Shown here piece by piece: positions 11,900 through 25,604 of a DNA stretch of 64,000 nt. The translations under genes and the position numbers were made by a program. This DNA comes from Dicyema japonicum (taxonomy: Eukaryota > Animalia > Dicyemida): assembly GCA_011109175.1 (NCBI GenBank), contig RDEW01000032.1, forward strand, positions 92,404-156,403, in the 5' to 3' direction. Positions within the stretch are counted from its first letter, which is position 1; each line of letters begins with the position of its first letter. The notes under the pieces were generated by a model. That model made no database searches. It worked only from the letters and a program-made list of their open reading frames with translations, and was not told the origin of the DNA.

Positions 11900-13160
11900 C
11901 TAGGTTTCAGCATATCCTCCTTGGACAAGGTACACTTCCTTGGCTGCCTTCTCGGAAACGACAAGTTAAAAATTGCCTTACCAGTAAGAATAATGAAGTT
12001 GAAGCCTTCACAAGGAGAGTATCATCTTTAGATTCACATGTGTCTTTCTTGCTCAAGAAATGTATTTCCGTGTAGAAGAGGATGTATATTTGAGATCTTC
12101 ACCATGTTTTGAACACCGGAATGCACTATTGTCGTCTGTGATGGGATTCTAAGACGATCGACGGAGTCATTACTGAATGTCAAATTCGATGATCTGGGCT
12201 GGAGTATATGCAAACAACCTGCAAGAAATGGGGATATTGGGTTGAGATCCCACTTGAAGCCGCCCTGCCTGCCTACTTTTGATCCCTTGCAAGCTGCATT
12301 TGCTTGGCCCAAGCAGTCCTACGTAACGCAACCGGACATACCTTGGACTCGGAGCTTGACAGTGTTTTCAAGCAGTGGGGTGAGTTGGACTTGGAATTCC
12401 CGTAGACTTCACTTGCCAGAAGAGTTCGGACTCAATCGCATGTATGAGAACTCTGGAGGCCGCGAAAAAAAGCGCCAACCAAAACCGAATAGCAAGCATT
12501 AAGTCGGCCGCACATCGCGGAAATGGAGTCTGGCTCGAGGTCCTACCTTGCCCACATCAGATGACCCTCCTTGACAAAAACAGCTTGAGGATCGGGGTGG
12601 CACTGCGCTTAGGACTGGACATATGCCAAAGACACAAATGCCGTTGCGGCGGGGACGTTGATACGAAAGGATTACATCCACTCTTTTGCCGACGGAGTGC
12701 TGGTCGAGCCCCGCACCACGCAGCCCTCAATGACATCATCTTTCGAGCCCTCAAGGGTGCGGGATTTCCGGCCCAATTAAAACTATTGGGCTTAGACAGA
12801 GGCGACGGGAAGATGTCGGATGGAATGACGTTATTCCCATACTCCCACTTAAAATCACTTTTCTGGGACGCAAAGTGTGTGGATACCTTCTAAAAAACCA
12901 GATTGCTGACGGCGACGCACTCTCCTAGAGACGCAGTCGACCAGGCGGAAGTCAAGAAGATCCATAAGTACGAATCCCTCGGAGACCATTACCATTTGCT
13001 GTGGAGACAACTGGAACTGTAGGCTCGAAGACGGAAGCCTCCACAGCATTGGAAGCAAACTCGCATCAAAAAGGTGCGAGCCACGGGAGGGATTCTGGTT
13101 GAGGCAGAGGCTCGAAATGGCGATTATTAGAGGTAACGCCTTCCCCATTCTGTCGTCCTA
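11900..13160 (+). mobile_element. CRE/SLACS-like non-LTR retrotransposon fragment (CCHC + restriction-like endonuclease)
   Basis: LRIGVALRLGLDICQRHKCRCGGDVDTKGLHPLFCRR..GR..HH.ALNDII.RAL..AG......GLDRGDGK.SDGMTLFP.....L.WD.KCVDTF; ends RQRLEMAIIRGNA followed by A/T-rich tail. Confidence 0.85.
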
Positions 13161-13269
13161 ATTATTTCCTAATTTTTTCCAATTTTTATAAAAATAAATT
13201 AATTAAATTAAAAAAATTATTTTTTATAGTAAATCAAAAATTTATTAACAATAAAATATTATTTTTAAC

Positions 13270-14060
13270 TATGGGGGAGAGCGGCTGAAGTAATCACTGA
13301 GTAAGCGTTTCCGCGAACAACTGCGATTCAAATTCTTTGCCTCAGTTAGACCGCTTCTCCGCACGTCTTTTTCGCGATGGGCCAATTTTCCCCCGATTTC
13401 CTATAGGAAAGAGGCTGTAATACTTCCGGCAGGACCAGACGTCTCGATTGCTACCGGTACAAAACGGTAGCGATTTCCAATTTCGCCATATTTCTTAATC
13501 TTGATTTTCTCGGCCAGATCGGCTGCCGATCCAGCAGACTGCACCGAGCTGATCATCATCGAGTTCGAGAAAGAGTCCACAACAGTGCAGTCCCATACGA
13601 GCGATTTTCCCTCAGTGAACGGAAAGATAGTTAACCCATCCGGTCTTTTCCCATCTCCGCGTTCCAATCCCACAGGCTCCAGTACTGCCGGGAAGCCTAC
13701 CGCTTCAAGAGCTCGCAAGACAATGTTGTTCATAGCAGCATAGCGGGGTGCTCTGCCTGCTCCTTTTGCACGAGAGCGCGTGTAGCCCTTTGGCATCGAC
13801 GATCCCTCGACAGCGACTTTNCGGGGTGCTCTGCCCGCTCCTTTTGCACGAGAGCGGGTGTAGCCGTTTGGCATCGACGATCCCTTGACAGCTACATTGA
13901 TGTTCGACGCAAACATCAGCTCCCAGGCGTTGTGCGATCCCAATTCTAATACAGTCATCGTCCAATAGGGTCCCCAGGGAGGAACACGGGACTGCATCCA
14001 GCCACGCTCCGCTCCCATTAATAAATTGGTCCGTAGATTGCTTCCAATCATCTTTTATAT
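13270..14060 (-). mobile_element. CRE/SLACS-like non-LTR retrotransposon fragment
   Basis: EPVGLERGDGKRPDGLTIFPFTEGKSLVWDCTVVDSF and RFVPVAIETSGPAG (PD..D..E-type RLE); CxC/H..C knuckle in the overlapping frame. Confidence 0.85.
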
Positions 14061-14199
14061 TAAAATTTCATTTCCATTAAAACTATTAGAACTTTTTACT
14101 TCAAAAAAGTTTTACAGTAATATTCTACTACTTCATCATTATTATTATTTAAGCCAAAGATACATCGTCTTAACAAATAGCTAATATTCAGGTGATCCC

Positions 14200-15470
14200 G
14201 GCATCTCTCAATAATCGGGCCTTGATGCTCCGACCGCGACCCCACACAATTTCTATACGGACGGAGATTTTTCACACCTCTTATGAAAATGCTTACAACT
14301 CTCTCCCTTTGAATTTTTATTAGGTTCGTTGCCGCCAGATTAGATCCTCACGCAGCACTTGTATCGCCTATTGTTGGCTCGATTTATTGCTTGTAGAGGG
14401 TCCCGATATCTGGTGCATAAATTCTTCGAAAGTTCCTAAAAAAGCCTTTAACAAAATTGATCTTCTTTTTACAAGTTGATATGATGGATTCCATATGGGC
14501 CGAAAAGCAGAGGAAAGTATCAAAAGTTACTCCCAGTATCTTCTTCAATTTTTTTTGTACATAGGAACTCCATTGAAAGTTACATAAATTGTTTGCGTTC
14601 CCATCTTTCTATTCTTAGTGAATAGAGTGACTGCTGACATTTCGGAACATGCATTTAATCGATTTTCGCACAACCATCCATATATGTTATTTAGTATCCC
14701 TTGTAATCATTCTTGAGCATGTTCGACATTTACGTCCCTAGATGCGACAACTATGTCATTAGCATAGGAAAGTAACATGTCATTATTATTCATCAGAACG
14801 GAGAGATCACTAAGAATCAAATTAAAGATAATTGGTGGCAAAAGAGATCCTTGGAGTACACCATTGGATAACAATCTCGATCTGGAACTTTTGTTTTCGA
14901 GGCACAATTTCCCTCGGCGTCCACTTCTGAAATTTGCTATCCAAACTTTAGTGGTGCAGCAATTTCTGTCAAAAAAATTTTTGTTTGAGGATTTTCCTTG
15001 TGACAGAGTCTAATCTTTTTGAATGTCGATTCTAAACTATGACCGATTTTTCCTGTTTTGGCTTGTTCTTGTGTCCTTCAGTAATGAACTTAATTAGTGT
15101 TGTTAAAAAAAAGGTTGTTGATAATGCTTCCTTGAAGACTTGCTGGAATGTAGGTTGTGGGAGAGAAGAGTAAATAAGTTTTAAGACCAGTTTCTCCAGG
15201 ATTCTCGACAAAGCACATATAAGGGAGACTGGTCTGTAAAAGCCAAGATCGTTCTTCGGTCTTCTTGGTTTCAATATTGTACAAATTTTTAATAGTTTCC
15301 ATTGAGTCGTTATGGTATTTATAATTAGCGAGGTGTTGTAGATGATTTCAATGCATTTATTGATGTTTGTCCCAAGTGTTTCAGCAGAATAAAAGCAATT
15401 CCATCTGGGCCACATGAGTTTGATTTTTCTGAATCGATGTTGCTTTGTATACATCTTTAGGAAGAAAATA
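14200..15470 (-). mobile_element. Degraded LINE reverse transcriptase
   Basis: ILKPRRP..DLGFYRPVSL...LSRILEKLV, NGVLQGSLLPPIIFN and SYANDI (degenerate YADD); frameshifts and stops. Confidence 0.85.
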
Positions 15471-15679
15471 AGTCAGCGGGGCCATTTTGATTAACTTTAT
15501 GTTTATTTTTGGTTGTGTGTTAATTTTTTAATAAAAAATGTTGAATCGGATATTATGATTCATAAGTTTATTCAGATTGAGCTGACATTATTTTTTGTTA
15601 TCTCGTTTTCTGGTTTCTTAAGACGTCTCAACACTTTCCACATGTTGGATATTGAGGTCTGATTATTCGCATGAGTTTA

Positions 15680-16152
15680 ATAATAAATAATTAAGCACTA
15701 CCGCGTTGCCATAAGCATGTAAGATGACTAGGGATTGCTCGTGCAGAACACACACTTTATTTAAGTAAAGAATAGTTATTAAAACTAAGCGTAGAGGGAG
15801 AACCAAAGAATGCTCTTCACTTATTTGTTTTTTATTTTTCTTGTGTGTATGTCCTATTGCCTAGGGTTTCGCTCGTGCAGAACACACACTTTATTTAAGT
15901 AAAGAACAGTTATTAAAACTAAGCGTAGAGGGAGAACCAACGAATGCTCTTCACTTATTTGTTTTTTATTTTTCTTGTGTGTATGTCCTATTGACTATCC
16001 AATTGGGCAGTGAATCTCCACTGATGACAGCGTCACTCGTCAGTCCTTTCTGCATCGTAGATGGGTGGAAACATCCACCAGATGAACAACAACAACAATC
16101 AAACCCGTGACCTAAGCAACTTTAGCCCATCACCTAACCACTATGCCACCCT
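15680..16152 (-). mobile_element. tRNA-derived SINE, family 1 (with internal 134-nt tandem duplication)
   Basis: Head GGGTGGCATAGTGGTTAG (A box) ... GGGTTTGATT (B box); body and tail match 32181-32510. Confidence 0.8.
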
Positions 16153-16619
16153 GCATGAGTTTCTTCCTTCAAATTTTATTTGTGCTTTTCGTGATCAATG
16201 TTTAGTCCCCTGATTCGATTAATAACCTCTCGTGATCGATGTGTCATTTTCTTAAGGGTATTTCTTTCCATAATTAATTTTTGTTTTTGAGCCGTATTTT
16301 AATTTTTCGTCTTTTATTTATGCTTTTCGGTAAAATTTTTTTCAATGATTGCTATGTTGAAAGTATACAGCTCTGTCTATGCAGAAGAAATTATGCAGTC
16401 TTGAATCAACAAAATTTGCACTTCTGTAATCATAGAAATGAATAGGCTCGGTACAAAACGTGGCTCGTTCGGTAAAATTTTTTTCAATGATTGCTATGTT
16501 GAAAGTATACAGCTCTGTCTATGCAGAAGAAATTATGCAGTCTTGAATCAACAAAATTTGCACTTCTGTAATCATAGAAATGAATAGGCTCGGTACAAAA
16601 CGTGGCTCGCAGTTCAGCT

Positions 16620-17410
16620 TCATTATCATTGAATGGTGGTACTCCGGAGGTCATAACGGACCATCCAATTAATGATCAGGGAAAGACGAGGCGAGCAGAT
16701 TGATAAGTTCAGAGATGTCACCATGTCCTTCGTGTTGTATGGTGTCCTAGTGATCTTTTTCGGATTGTTGATGATTATTAAGTTTTGTATTTGGGATGAT
16801 AGCAGGTTAGCTCTTTTGTCAGCGACCTGGTAGAGGAAGCAAGAAGGCTGCTTCATTTCTGGTCTCCACATAAAAACATGTTCTCCAAATTGTTTAAGGT
16901 CGATAGGTCAAAGCAGAAATTTTTCCCTCAGGAGCCCGGAAGAATTCCAATTAGCTCGGTGTTCTAGTCTTCTATTAGGATCTTGTAAAAAGAAGAGTTC
17001 TCCTTAGGTATTTTATTCCTTTTCTCACAAGAGTCAGTAGATCCACTCCTTGGCCAAATAGATGGTCAGATCTTATTTTGTTGTATCCATTAAAGAGAGG
17101 AGTAGGAATGTTATTTGAAAGCTTCGTTTCCTGGGGAAGGCAGATATCTACTCTGTTCCTCTCCAAGAATAAGGACAGTTCGGCAATCTTTCCTCTGATC
17201 CCGTTTATGTCTACGCTCTGGATTGTTAACATCTTTGGACCTGGATTTTGTTACAGTCTCCTGAAGTCAACAGTCTCAATCGATAGAATGTTCCAACATT
17301 GAGAGAGTGCCGTCCAGTGGGAAGTCCTTTGGTTGGTAGTGAGCAAATGATTCTTTTTAGATATAGTTTAGGACTAAATCCAACGCCACCAGAAACGGTA
17401 AACCACATGA
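16620..17410 (-). mobile_element. Degraded LINE AP-endonuclease fragment
   Basis: MLTIQSVDINGIRGKIAELSLFLERNRVDICLPQETKL (N-x-N-G ... QET EEP motif). Confidence 0.8.
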
Positions 17411-18135
17411 CGCACGCTAAATTAATTAACTTTTTTTATTATGACATCCGCTTATAATTATAATTATTTTGGCAAGATAGACAATTTTATTAATATTACA
17501 ATTTTAATATAATTTGTTTATTATTAAGAAGATAAACTCCTTGAAAATATAATCTAACTTTTAGACAACATTTGTTAAGATTTACTACTCAACTTATATA
17601 AATTTTTATATAAAACTTTAAATACTTGTGTAGTAATATCATATATTTGCAATAATTCGTCTCCTATAAGTTCCATTAGGACAGTCCATGCGAATGGAAG
17701 AGTATCAATGATTAAAACGTGGGTATGGCAAACACGTCGTTATAAGATAAAAATTTTATGATTTCGTCTGTTTTCAAGAGATACCGTAATTGTTTAGTTA
17801 CAAATTTGTTAGGTATTCCAATGGGCCTGGGTTAGGTGACGACAATTATTCTTAGTTAATACTTCTTCATTCTAACTGGAGAACGTCATAAGAGAGTCGA
17901 ATGTGATCCAAGGATCTTCTGGTTTCGCGTATATGGAATCGGGATATTTCAGAATAATACTTAAAATTCACCTTTAAATTTACTTTCCGTAGTAGACATG
18001 GTGAACTGGTATTTGTATGCAGACACATTGAGAAAGTGCACGTTGTGGTAAAAAAATAAATAAAAGATAGCTGTGAATGTTAGTGATTTTTCTACATTAA
18101 GGTTGTCGATCCATTTCACACGTTGAATTAGATCA
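16959..18135. repeat. ~1.17-kb dispersed duplication, copy 2 (partner 1-1168)
   Basis: Colinear sequence match to window positions 1-1168. Confidence 0.9.
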
Positions 18136-18439
18136 GGGCTTTTCTAAAAATAATCCACGGCACACATTAAAAAATTAAATTTTTAAGATGTGTAAAACTA
18201 AGTACAAAAATTGGTAATTTAATGCCCAATTTTTTATTAATAAAAAATGAAATCTTAATTATTATTGTTTTTGCATATATCATCAAGATCAGATCGAATG
18301 GTTGACATAGCGACCCGCATTTCAGCATCAATGTTTCTCAAACATTCACGTTTTTAATATTGTTCTGTAATTTTCCCAGAATAAACAAATGTATATAGGC
18401 CAACAAATGTTACATTTCAGAAAAATACGTGGATTCTTC

Positions 18440-18900
18440 AAATTGTAATGAAAACCGAGTTTCTTTAATAGAAAATGAGATATTATTTTCAATATTCTCC
18501 GAAAAAGCACAATTCCGAAGAGAAACAGTGTTATCTGACAAAGGTTTCTGTGAAGAGGCCTTGTCTGAACCCGTGTTGAAAAAGTGCGTCAGGAAGGTAT
18601 GGTTTGATTAGTTCAAGAATCAGATTTTCCAAAATTTTTGATGTAACACATAGTAGAGATATTTGTCTGTATGAGGCTGGTGATCCCTTTGGTCGCCCGG
18701 GTTTCGGAATTGGTCGTATGTTTGATAGCTTTCATATGAAAGGAATACAATTTTCGTTGATTGTTAAAACCTTAGCAGCCCAGGTTTCATAACCCTTGAA
18801 GTAAAGATATCATGGATAGGCATACCCAAATGATTAAAATATTGTTTGAAAACATGTTGGACTATGCACATCAAGAAAGCTGTCTATTTTCGTAATTTTT
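18440..18900 (-). mobile_element. Degraded LINE RT N-terminal fragment
   Basis: Minus frame IRPIPKPGRPKGSPASYRQISLLCVTSKILENLIL...LFQHGFRQG. Confidence 0.8.
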
Positions 18901-20639
18901 CGAAACACAAAGAACTGGTAATTTTTATTAAGAAAATTTAAAAAAATAAAAATATTTTGATTTTTTAAATGAAAATATTACGGATCATTTATCTGAGTGG
19001 TTATGATTATTCAGTGAACATTCTTACTTCGGCCCGTTATTAATCTTCCTTGAAACAATATGAACTCCCTGTGGATCAAATAAAAGAGAACTGTTCCAAA
19101 TATCTCTGCTTATTTTGAATGAAGTTGTTTAATCTTTGCATGTGAGTTCGAATTCTTTTAATTACAACCCTTTCCTGGATTTTAGACATGGGTCATCTTA
19201 TGGTTTTCAAGATTCAGCATTGGTCAAATACATGCATGTCTCCAGATTAACTGTATCACATTTTGATTAATCGAATTGTTGAAGATCGATATTAGAATTG
19301 TTACTTACACATCCAAGATTCTTTAATAGGATGACTGGAATATTATTAGGTCCATGAGAGTACTCTATCTCGTGAAACGTAGTGTATATTTCACATCCTT
19401 CTCTGAGAAATCTACGTTCCAGCAACGGGTTCTTGCACGTAGGGCTATGTTATGCCAAACCTTTAAAGACTACTTGCTTCTCTGAGATACTAATCTGCAG
19501 GGATCTGAATGCAAAACACCCCTTATGAGTGTCACTTCAACTTGCCGACGTGAGAGGGAAAATATTGTTATCGTAAACGGACTTACTATCGATATTGAAA
19601 AATCCATCGTAAAAGACATGGACATCATTCAAAGACGCGGATTAACAAACCACCCCAAACGAAACACTCCTCAACACTTTTATCCAAAATTACCTGCTCA
19701 GTCTTCTATGAAACAAAAAGTGATCATAATCAGTTTGTGAAAATCGAGAAGAGAATTCACAGAAGTTACAATTATAAAAGGACTAAATGGACATCGACCT
19801 ACATAGCTCACATAATAATTGCAGGATATAACAGGACTTAATATATCATTTTTGGATTCATGTATTTCTTCATCAATTTAATTGCACTAGAAATTATCAA
19901 ATTAAGTACCATTTACCAATTTTTAAGGTTTGATGGAATATAATTCATAAAATAAATTCTTGATGACCCAAAAAAGTGACTTTATCCTTATTTGCCTAAG
20001 ATAACTCGAGTGTTACTATACTGTTGATTTAATTGATATTTAATTGAAAGCAGCATTTTTATGCGTCTATTCAAAACTTCACATTGTGGAAAAGTCCAAA
20101 TGTATCTCAGTATTTATCAACAAGGAATTGTATTAATTACTCTGTTTGATGACGAATTCAATATTCCATATTAATATTTATTGCTGGTAATAGATACTTG
20201 AGATGTGCGGCAGATACATTTATAGAAGAGACGATGGAGACGACTGACTAAATTATTTATCTGGGACACAACATTTATGCATCCAACACAGGGACAAATA
20301 ATGCCGATGCTACGTCTATCAGTTCCACTTGTTTTGCATAGCCTAACAAAAATGCATTAATAATAACGCCAAGGTCTAGAAGAATTCTTGAACTTAGACC
20401 TGTTTTCTGAAATACCATAGTAAGAAGAAATTAATTTTGTGAGGCTAAAGGAAATTCCTTTAAAATTCTTAAATGGGAGGTGTGGAACTTTAATTTATCT
20501 CCAGAATGTTTTAATTTCAAGTAATTTAACAATTTATAGAAGAATTTGTATGGTGTGTCAATAAATTCGAAAACAATCAGCAAGACTTTACAGTTCGACG
20601 CATTCGATTTTTAGTAGTACTCAATGCGACCCCCAAAAT

Positions 20640-20760
20640 TTTTGAGTCGTCTAAGAATTTTCCTTTCTAATTGATCAGGTGATCCCCTGTTGGTTATTTC
20701 AGCGAATCTCGCTCGCCATCCCGAGAAAAAACAGCTCCGCAGTCATGGCGGCCGCTAAAT
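20640..20760 (+). mobile_element. CRE-like 3' terminal fragment (related piece at ~4940-5030, minus strand)
   Basis: RISLAIPRKNSSAVMAAAK* resembles the CRE C-terminal 'QRISLAIQRGNA' motif. Confidence 0.5.
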
Positions 20761-20794
20761 GACTTTTTGACACTTAAAATTAAAATCAAGATTA

Positions 20795-20960
20795 ACCAAA
20801 CTAACTAACTCCTTAATTGTCCCCCGGGGAATGTATAGAGGATCTTCTTGATGCCGGCAAGGCAGTGGGCGTCTCCACAGTAAGGTGTATCCAATGATGA
20901 CATTGGAGGGGAGAAAAATAATTTTGGACAAAAAAGCCACATTGAACCACACGGGTCCAC
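20795..20960 (-). repeat. Short interspersed repeat family 2 (copy at 23225-23440, + strand)
   Basis: Shared 'ggagacgccca.tgcct.gccggcatca.aa.atcc' core and 'gttagtttggtt' 3' end; the same tail occurs at ~26925-26940. Confidence 0.7.
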
Positions 20961-22899
20961 GCGGCCAGTATATACTTTATTTTGTCATTAATAAATTTAT
21001 TATTTTAAAAAAAAACTTAAAATAAATAATTGAGTTATATTGTTAAGAGATAGTTAACCAAGTGGAACCACGTGCTCTCTTCTGCGGAAATAGATCCACT
21101 GCAGAAGTTTGGGAGACTATTCGAGACGTCTCAAGAGAAGATGAAGGATCATCTGAGGACGATCTCAGCCAAAAAAATTTGAATAACTTCATAAAATATT
21201 AAGTGAAAATATCCCCCAAGGACGTAATCATATTCTAAAAAATGGTTGCAAAAAACATTACTTGGAAATAAAAAAATGATCCCATCATCTGGAAACAACT
21301 GTCTACAATTATATTACAACGATCCAAACAGACATTAGAATCTAGCCACTTATAAAATTTTTTTAAACCGAGGATATAATACATCATTATTAATGATGAT
21401 AATGAAATCAAAAATGAAGATGATGATTCTGGAAAAAAATATTTTGGAAGAATGAAAAAAATCAAATTTTAATAGTGGGAGATAGAATTCGGTATAGTGT
21501 TCATCACCTGGTATTGGATTATCTCAAAGTTTTTAAAGGTCTCCTGGATGCCCGCAAGGTAGAGGAAACGGTGATAGCAAATTTACAAACGTTTGTACTG
21601 CAAAAGACTCTGGAGAGCATTCAGGCTTAGGAGAGGCATTGAGAATAGCTGCCCGGTGAGAAATATGGTGTAGAATATCAACCCAGGATAGCTTCTGAAT
21701 TTGTGGTACGGATAGACGTGAACACACTTATAAGTTCAATATATGTTTTCAAAAAGAAGAGGAGATCTAGACGGTTGTTATAAATCAATTACTTTTACTT
21801 GTGATTCATTGATTCATTCAAGCATATTTAAAAGTTTTGACAAGTATCTGTGTCATCAAGGTCAAGTTCTGAAACGTTGATTTTAGTGTAACTGTAGTGG
21901 TATGCGACATCAATAATAACGATATTCAACAAAGAATATATAATCGAGGAAATTGTCAATAAGGCAGCATAATTTCTTGAATTGATGAATCACACATTTA
22001 TTTTATAAAAATTTGATGAATATTGTACTTTCAATAATGAAGTAATATCAATACAAATAGCAATATGCAGAAATAACACAACCACGAATATGAACTACAG
22101 CGTTTATATATTATTTATTTTATTTATTCATATTTATTAAATTTTTGTTTTATTTAGAATTATATAATATCAGTCATCGTTTGAAAAATATTGATGTGAC
22201 AAGATATTGTTTCAAAATATTTAAAGGATTGTATCTGCTCAATATTTCTCCTATTACTCGACAACGCAGCAATCCGGAAAAATATTTCCGACTTCATCAC
22301 TCTGTGGCTTGGACTCTGATCGCTTTAAATTTAACCAAAAGAAGTTTCAACTACACGTAAATTGAGAAAAAAAGCCCACGCCTCTCCAAAATCTCATGAA
22401 AGAGAATCGTCGTGGATTCAGAAAAGCTGTACGTAGGAGTTCAGCAAAAAGCTCTCAAACTGTTGATGTCTACTGAGATCACCTAATTAGTTAGTTTAAC
22501 TCCTTTTTTATTCCCTTTTAGAATTTGGATAAAATACAGTCCGATCTCGAAAAATCAATTAAATTTAGCACCTCTATTTGAGCATTAATTTTTTATTACA
22601 TAAAATTAATTATAGATTTAAAAAAATGAATATTTTAAAAGTCAAGTTTCATTTCAAATTTTTTGTGCTGATTATAATGCTTTTGAATAGTGAAACAAAA
22701 AATGAGACTGAAGATCATCTCTTAAATAGAAACATTCTGAAAGGATCTTATCTATCATGCACAATACAAGAAAGGAACTATTTTTCATATAAAAAATATT
22801 CTAACATTGATCGAAAGAGAATTCCTCTATTCAAGTTCAAATATTTGGTAAATATTATTTATCTCTATTTAAAAGTGAAAATAAAATGAATTGATAGAA

Positions 22900-23900
22900 A
22901 AAGTCATGAATATTTTTAGCGTTTAAGGAAGCAGAATTCTCAAGTTTCTGGAACTCAAAAAAATTCACTAACTTTTTCTTCGAGAATGGGCTTAAATAAA
23001 TTTAAATCTTAAAATGGATGGTTGGAGAATTTCAGATGCATAAATTAAAATTCAAAGCATTTTCTGGTGAATCTACCTTTTATTATCAGGAGGTGCTACC
23101 GATTTTTTTTATTAGAATTAAATATTAAATTTGAACAATATGCAAATGAGAACATTTTTAATTGTGATGAAGCTGATTTTTTATTAAACTTTCATCATTC
23201 AAATTATTTGCACATAAATGGCCTCGTGGAGCCATGTAGTGCTATGTGACTATTTTGTCAAAAATTATTTTCTTTCCTTCCGATGGCGTCACTTGATCCA
23301 TCTTACTAAGGAGACGCCCAATGCCTAGCCGGCATCACAAAAATCCGACTGTTCTTCCACGGGGACAATGTCGTTATCTGGAGACAAGTTCTGGAATACT
23401 GAATCGAATCAGGATCAAGGAGTCAGTTAGTTTGGTTGCTTTTGTTATTTGTAATAATTTTTAAAATTTGTTAAACAAGTGAATCAACATGCGAGTTTAA
23501 ACCGACTAAAGATAGAGTATCTCTCCAGTTTAGCTGTAGCTAATTAATAATCGGAAAATAAATCCTGGATATTTCAAAAATTTGAATTTTATAGTCTTCG
23601 CGTAATGCGTAAATGACAGGAGACATTTTTGTATCCTGGCTTCATAAATTAATGAAATAAATGATTTTTTATAAAAAAAAAATCTTAATGTTATTGGATA
23701 ACGCTGCCTGCCACAAAATATCAACGTTTAGTAATTTCGATTTTTTTATTTGTTCCTAAAATACGACGACATTTCTTCAACCATCAATATCAAAAACTTT
23801 ATGTTTGCTGGAAACATAAAGGCTTACATTTTTGATTCCAGACAATCTTCATGATTTTTATGAATTCAGAAAGAAAGTGACGTTAGGAATAAATATAAAT
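22900..23900 (+). mobile_element. Tigger/pogo-like DNA transposase relic, interrupted by a family-2 repeat
   Basis: GW..F..R..I...SGES region, EQYANENIFNCDEAD (NxDETG motif), LLDNAACH and TTTFLQP (NTTS.LQP motif); many stops and frameshifts. Confidence 0.7.
23225..23440 (+). repeat. Short interspersed repeat family 2
   Basis: Matches the reverse complement of 20795-20960. Confidence 0.7.
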
Positions 23901-24550
23901 ATGAAAAGAAAATAACTGATCACTTTAAAAAATAATGTTAATTTTGTTTATTTATCGATCTAATATGGAAAAACTATTTTTGGGGGAACCTCTGATTTTA
24001 GGCATTACGTGCCCCAATTAGAGGTCAAAGGACTAACAGTTTTTTGTATGCAAAATGGCCCTTGACTACTGAGACTAAGGTATTATTGTTTTTTTATTGA
24101 ATACATTTGTAGCTAAGTCCGAAGGAAATAATCCGCTATGATCACCAAAAACAAGTGTCCATCTATTCATTCCATTGAAAGTGAATTTCATCTCCTTACG
24201 ATGAGTTCTGGAATCGACCTCATTCCCCAGACAACATTTTCTGGATCACTGATCTATGGTAAGAATTCTTTCTAGAAACAACATAAATTTGCCCCTGTTT
24301 ATCTTGTCGAAGGTTATCAATAGGTTTATAATAAAATATTAATGTACGCCATGAACTATCTGTACATCCAAATGACGTCTCCAGTAGATCCTCCGGTGCG
24401 ACATTCGCTGTGGTTAGGGAGAAATATTCGTCGACCTTGCTCCTAATTCTATTAAAGATCGACAGTACTTTTCGAAGTAAGAAGAATTATTGAAAAAATC
24501 CGTTTTTATAATTTTCAATTTCGTTCACCAGTGTAACGATTTGAATTATT

Positions 24551-24725
24551 TGGCTTGGTGGAGCAATGTAACAAGTGCTGGGGAAAATACCTGGAGGTCC
24601 CTAGTTCGAATCTCGATAGTGTACATTCTGGCTGAAGGTTCCACACCTCCACGATGCTTTGGCTTGACGAGTGACATCATCAGTGAACATTTCACTGCCA
24701 TATCAGATCGTCTATAGAGCACTTA
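24551..24725 (+). mobile_element. tRNA-derived SINE sharing the family-1 core but with a different tRNA-like head
   Basis: A-box-like TGGTGGAGCAATG, B-box AGTTCGAATCT, then 'gaaggttccac..c.tc.acgatgc...gcttgacgagtgac..tcatcagtg.a.attcactgc' shared with 32255-32328. Confidence 0.65.
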
Positions 24726-25151
24726 CCAAGATTACGAATGTTTTTAGTTCTTTCGAATTTGTGAAGGTTTGTTGAACGTTCTGCTTAGCCGAACATTCTG
24801 TTCCATTTGTAGATGTGAAAACATTAAAATTTTTTCATTATGTTGAGCTCTTGTTGTAGGAAGAACTGATTCCTTCCATTATTCTGTCGTTGATACATTT
24901 TCCAGTGGTTTGATGTATCCAATCAAAGTGACTTCTAATCTGGATTCTGTTATTATGCATCGTCTACACCGATGAGAATCCATCATATTTTAGTGTGTTC
25001 TTTTTTTCCAGAGATACCCAAAGCATGTTTACAAGAAACGATCAACGTCTTTTCTTCAATCAGTGTAAGTCACGAAAGTGACCATGTACCAAAGTGGAAA
25101 ACAAACGTATAATCGTCAGATAAAATAATTTATTGATTCGAAATAATAAAA

Positions 25152-25604
25152 TCAATTATTAACGAAAGCTTTGGCGAACTGTATGAAGAATCTAAGAATG
25201 ATAGCAAAATCATACTCTGATTCTCCAAAAGATGTAAAGAAAGGGTCCTTTTTAGCGTCCACGTAAGCCTGTTGAAGCTGTTTGAACTAAGAATAACAGT
25301 TAAATTTTACATTCTCATTTATATCATGATCCTCTTGGTGATCGATTTCTGGAATAGCGAGGACGAATTTGACGCGCGTACAAGTCACGTAGGCGTACAT
25401 TTTATAGCCCTCAAGTGTAAGCACATTGCCGAAATAATTTTCTTTATGGGTAAGTAAATAATGGTCGATCAAGTCAAGACTGCAGTGAACCAGTGAATCG
25501 ATTTTAATGCTCTGAGGATCTGTCTTGTAAATAAATAATAAATTATTCTAAAGTTTATTTTTACAAAAAACCGAATTTGAAATAACAGCAACACCTCGTT
25601 GCAT
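25152..25604 (-). CDS. TRAPPC2L: Trafficking protein particle complex subunit 2-like (sedlin family), intact, three 24-nt introns
   Basis: Spliced product MQRGVAVISNS-NNLLFIY...VHCSLDLID...ENYFGNVLTLEGYKMYAYVTCTRVKFVL...-FKQLQQAYVDAKKDPFF...* matches TRAPPC2L motifs (VHTSLD, YKVYGYVTN.KVKFV, LHNSY.DVMCNPFY); all junctions GT..AG and in frame. Confidence 0.85.

Noticed and set aside
16020-16070. Hammerhead ribozyme in the SINE core (CTGACGA followed by a stem)
   Set aside because: No GAAA follows stem II, the topology does not fit types I-III, and the CUGANGA is not conserved in the other copies.
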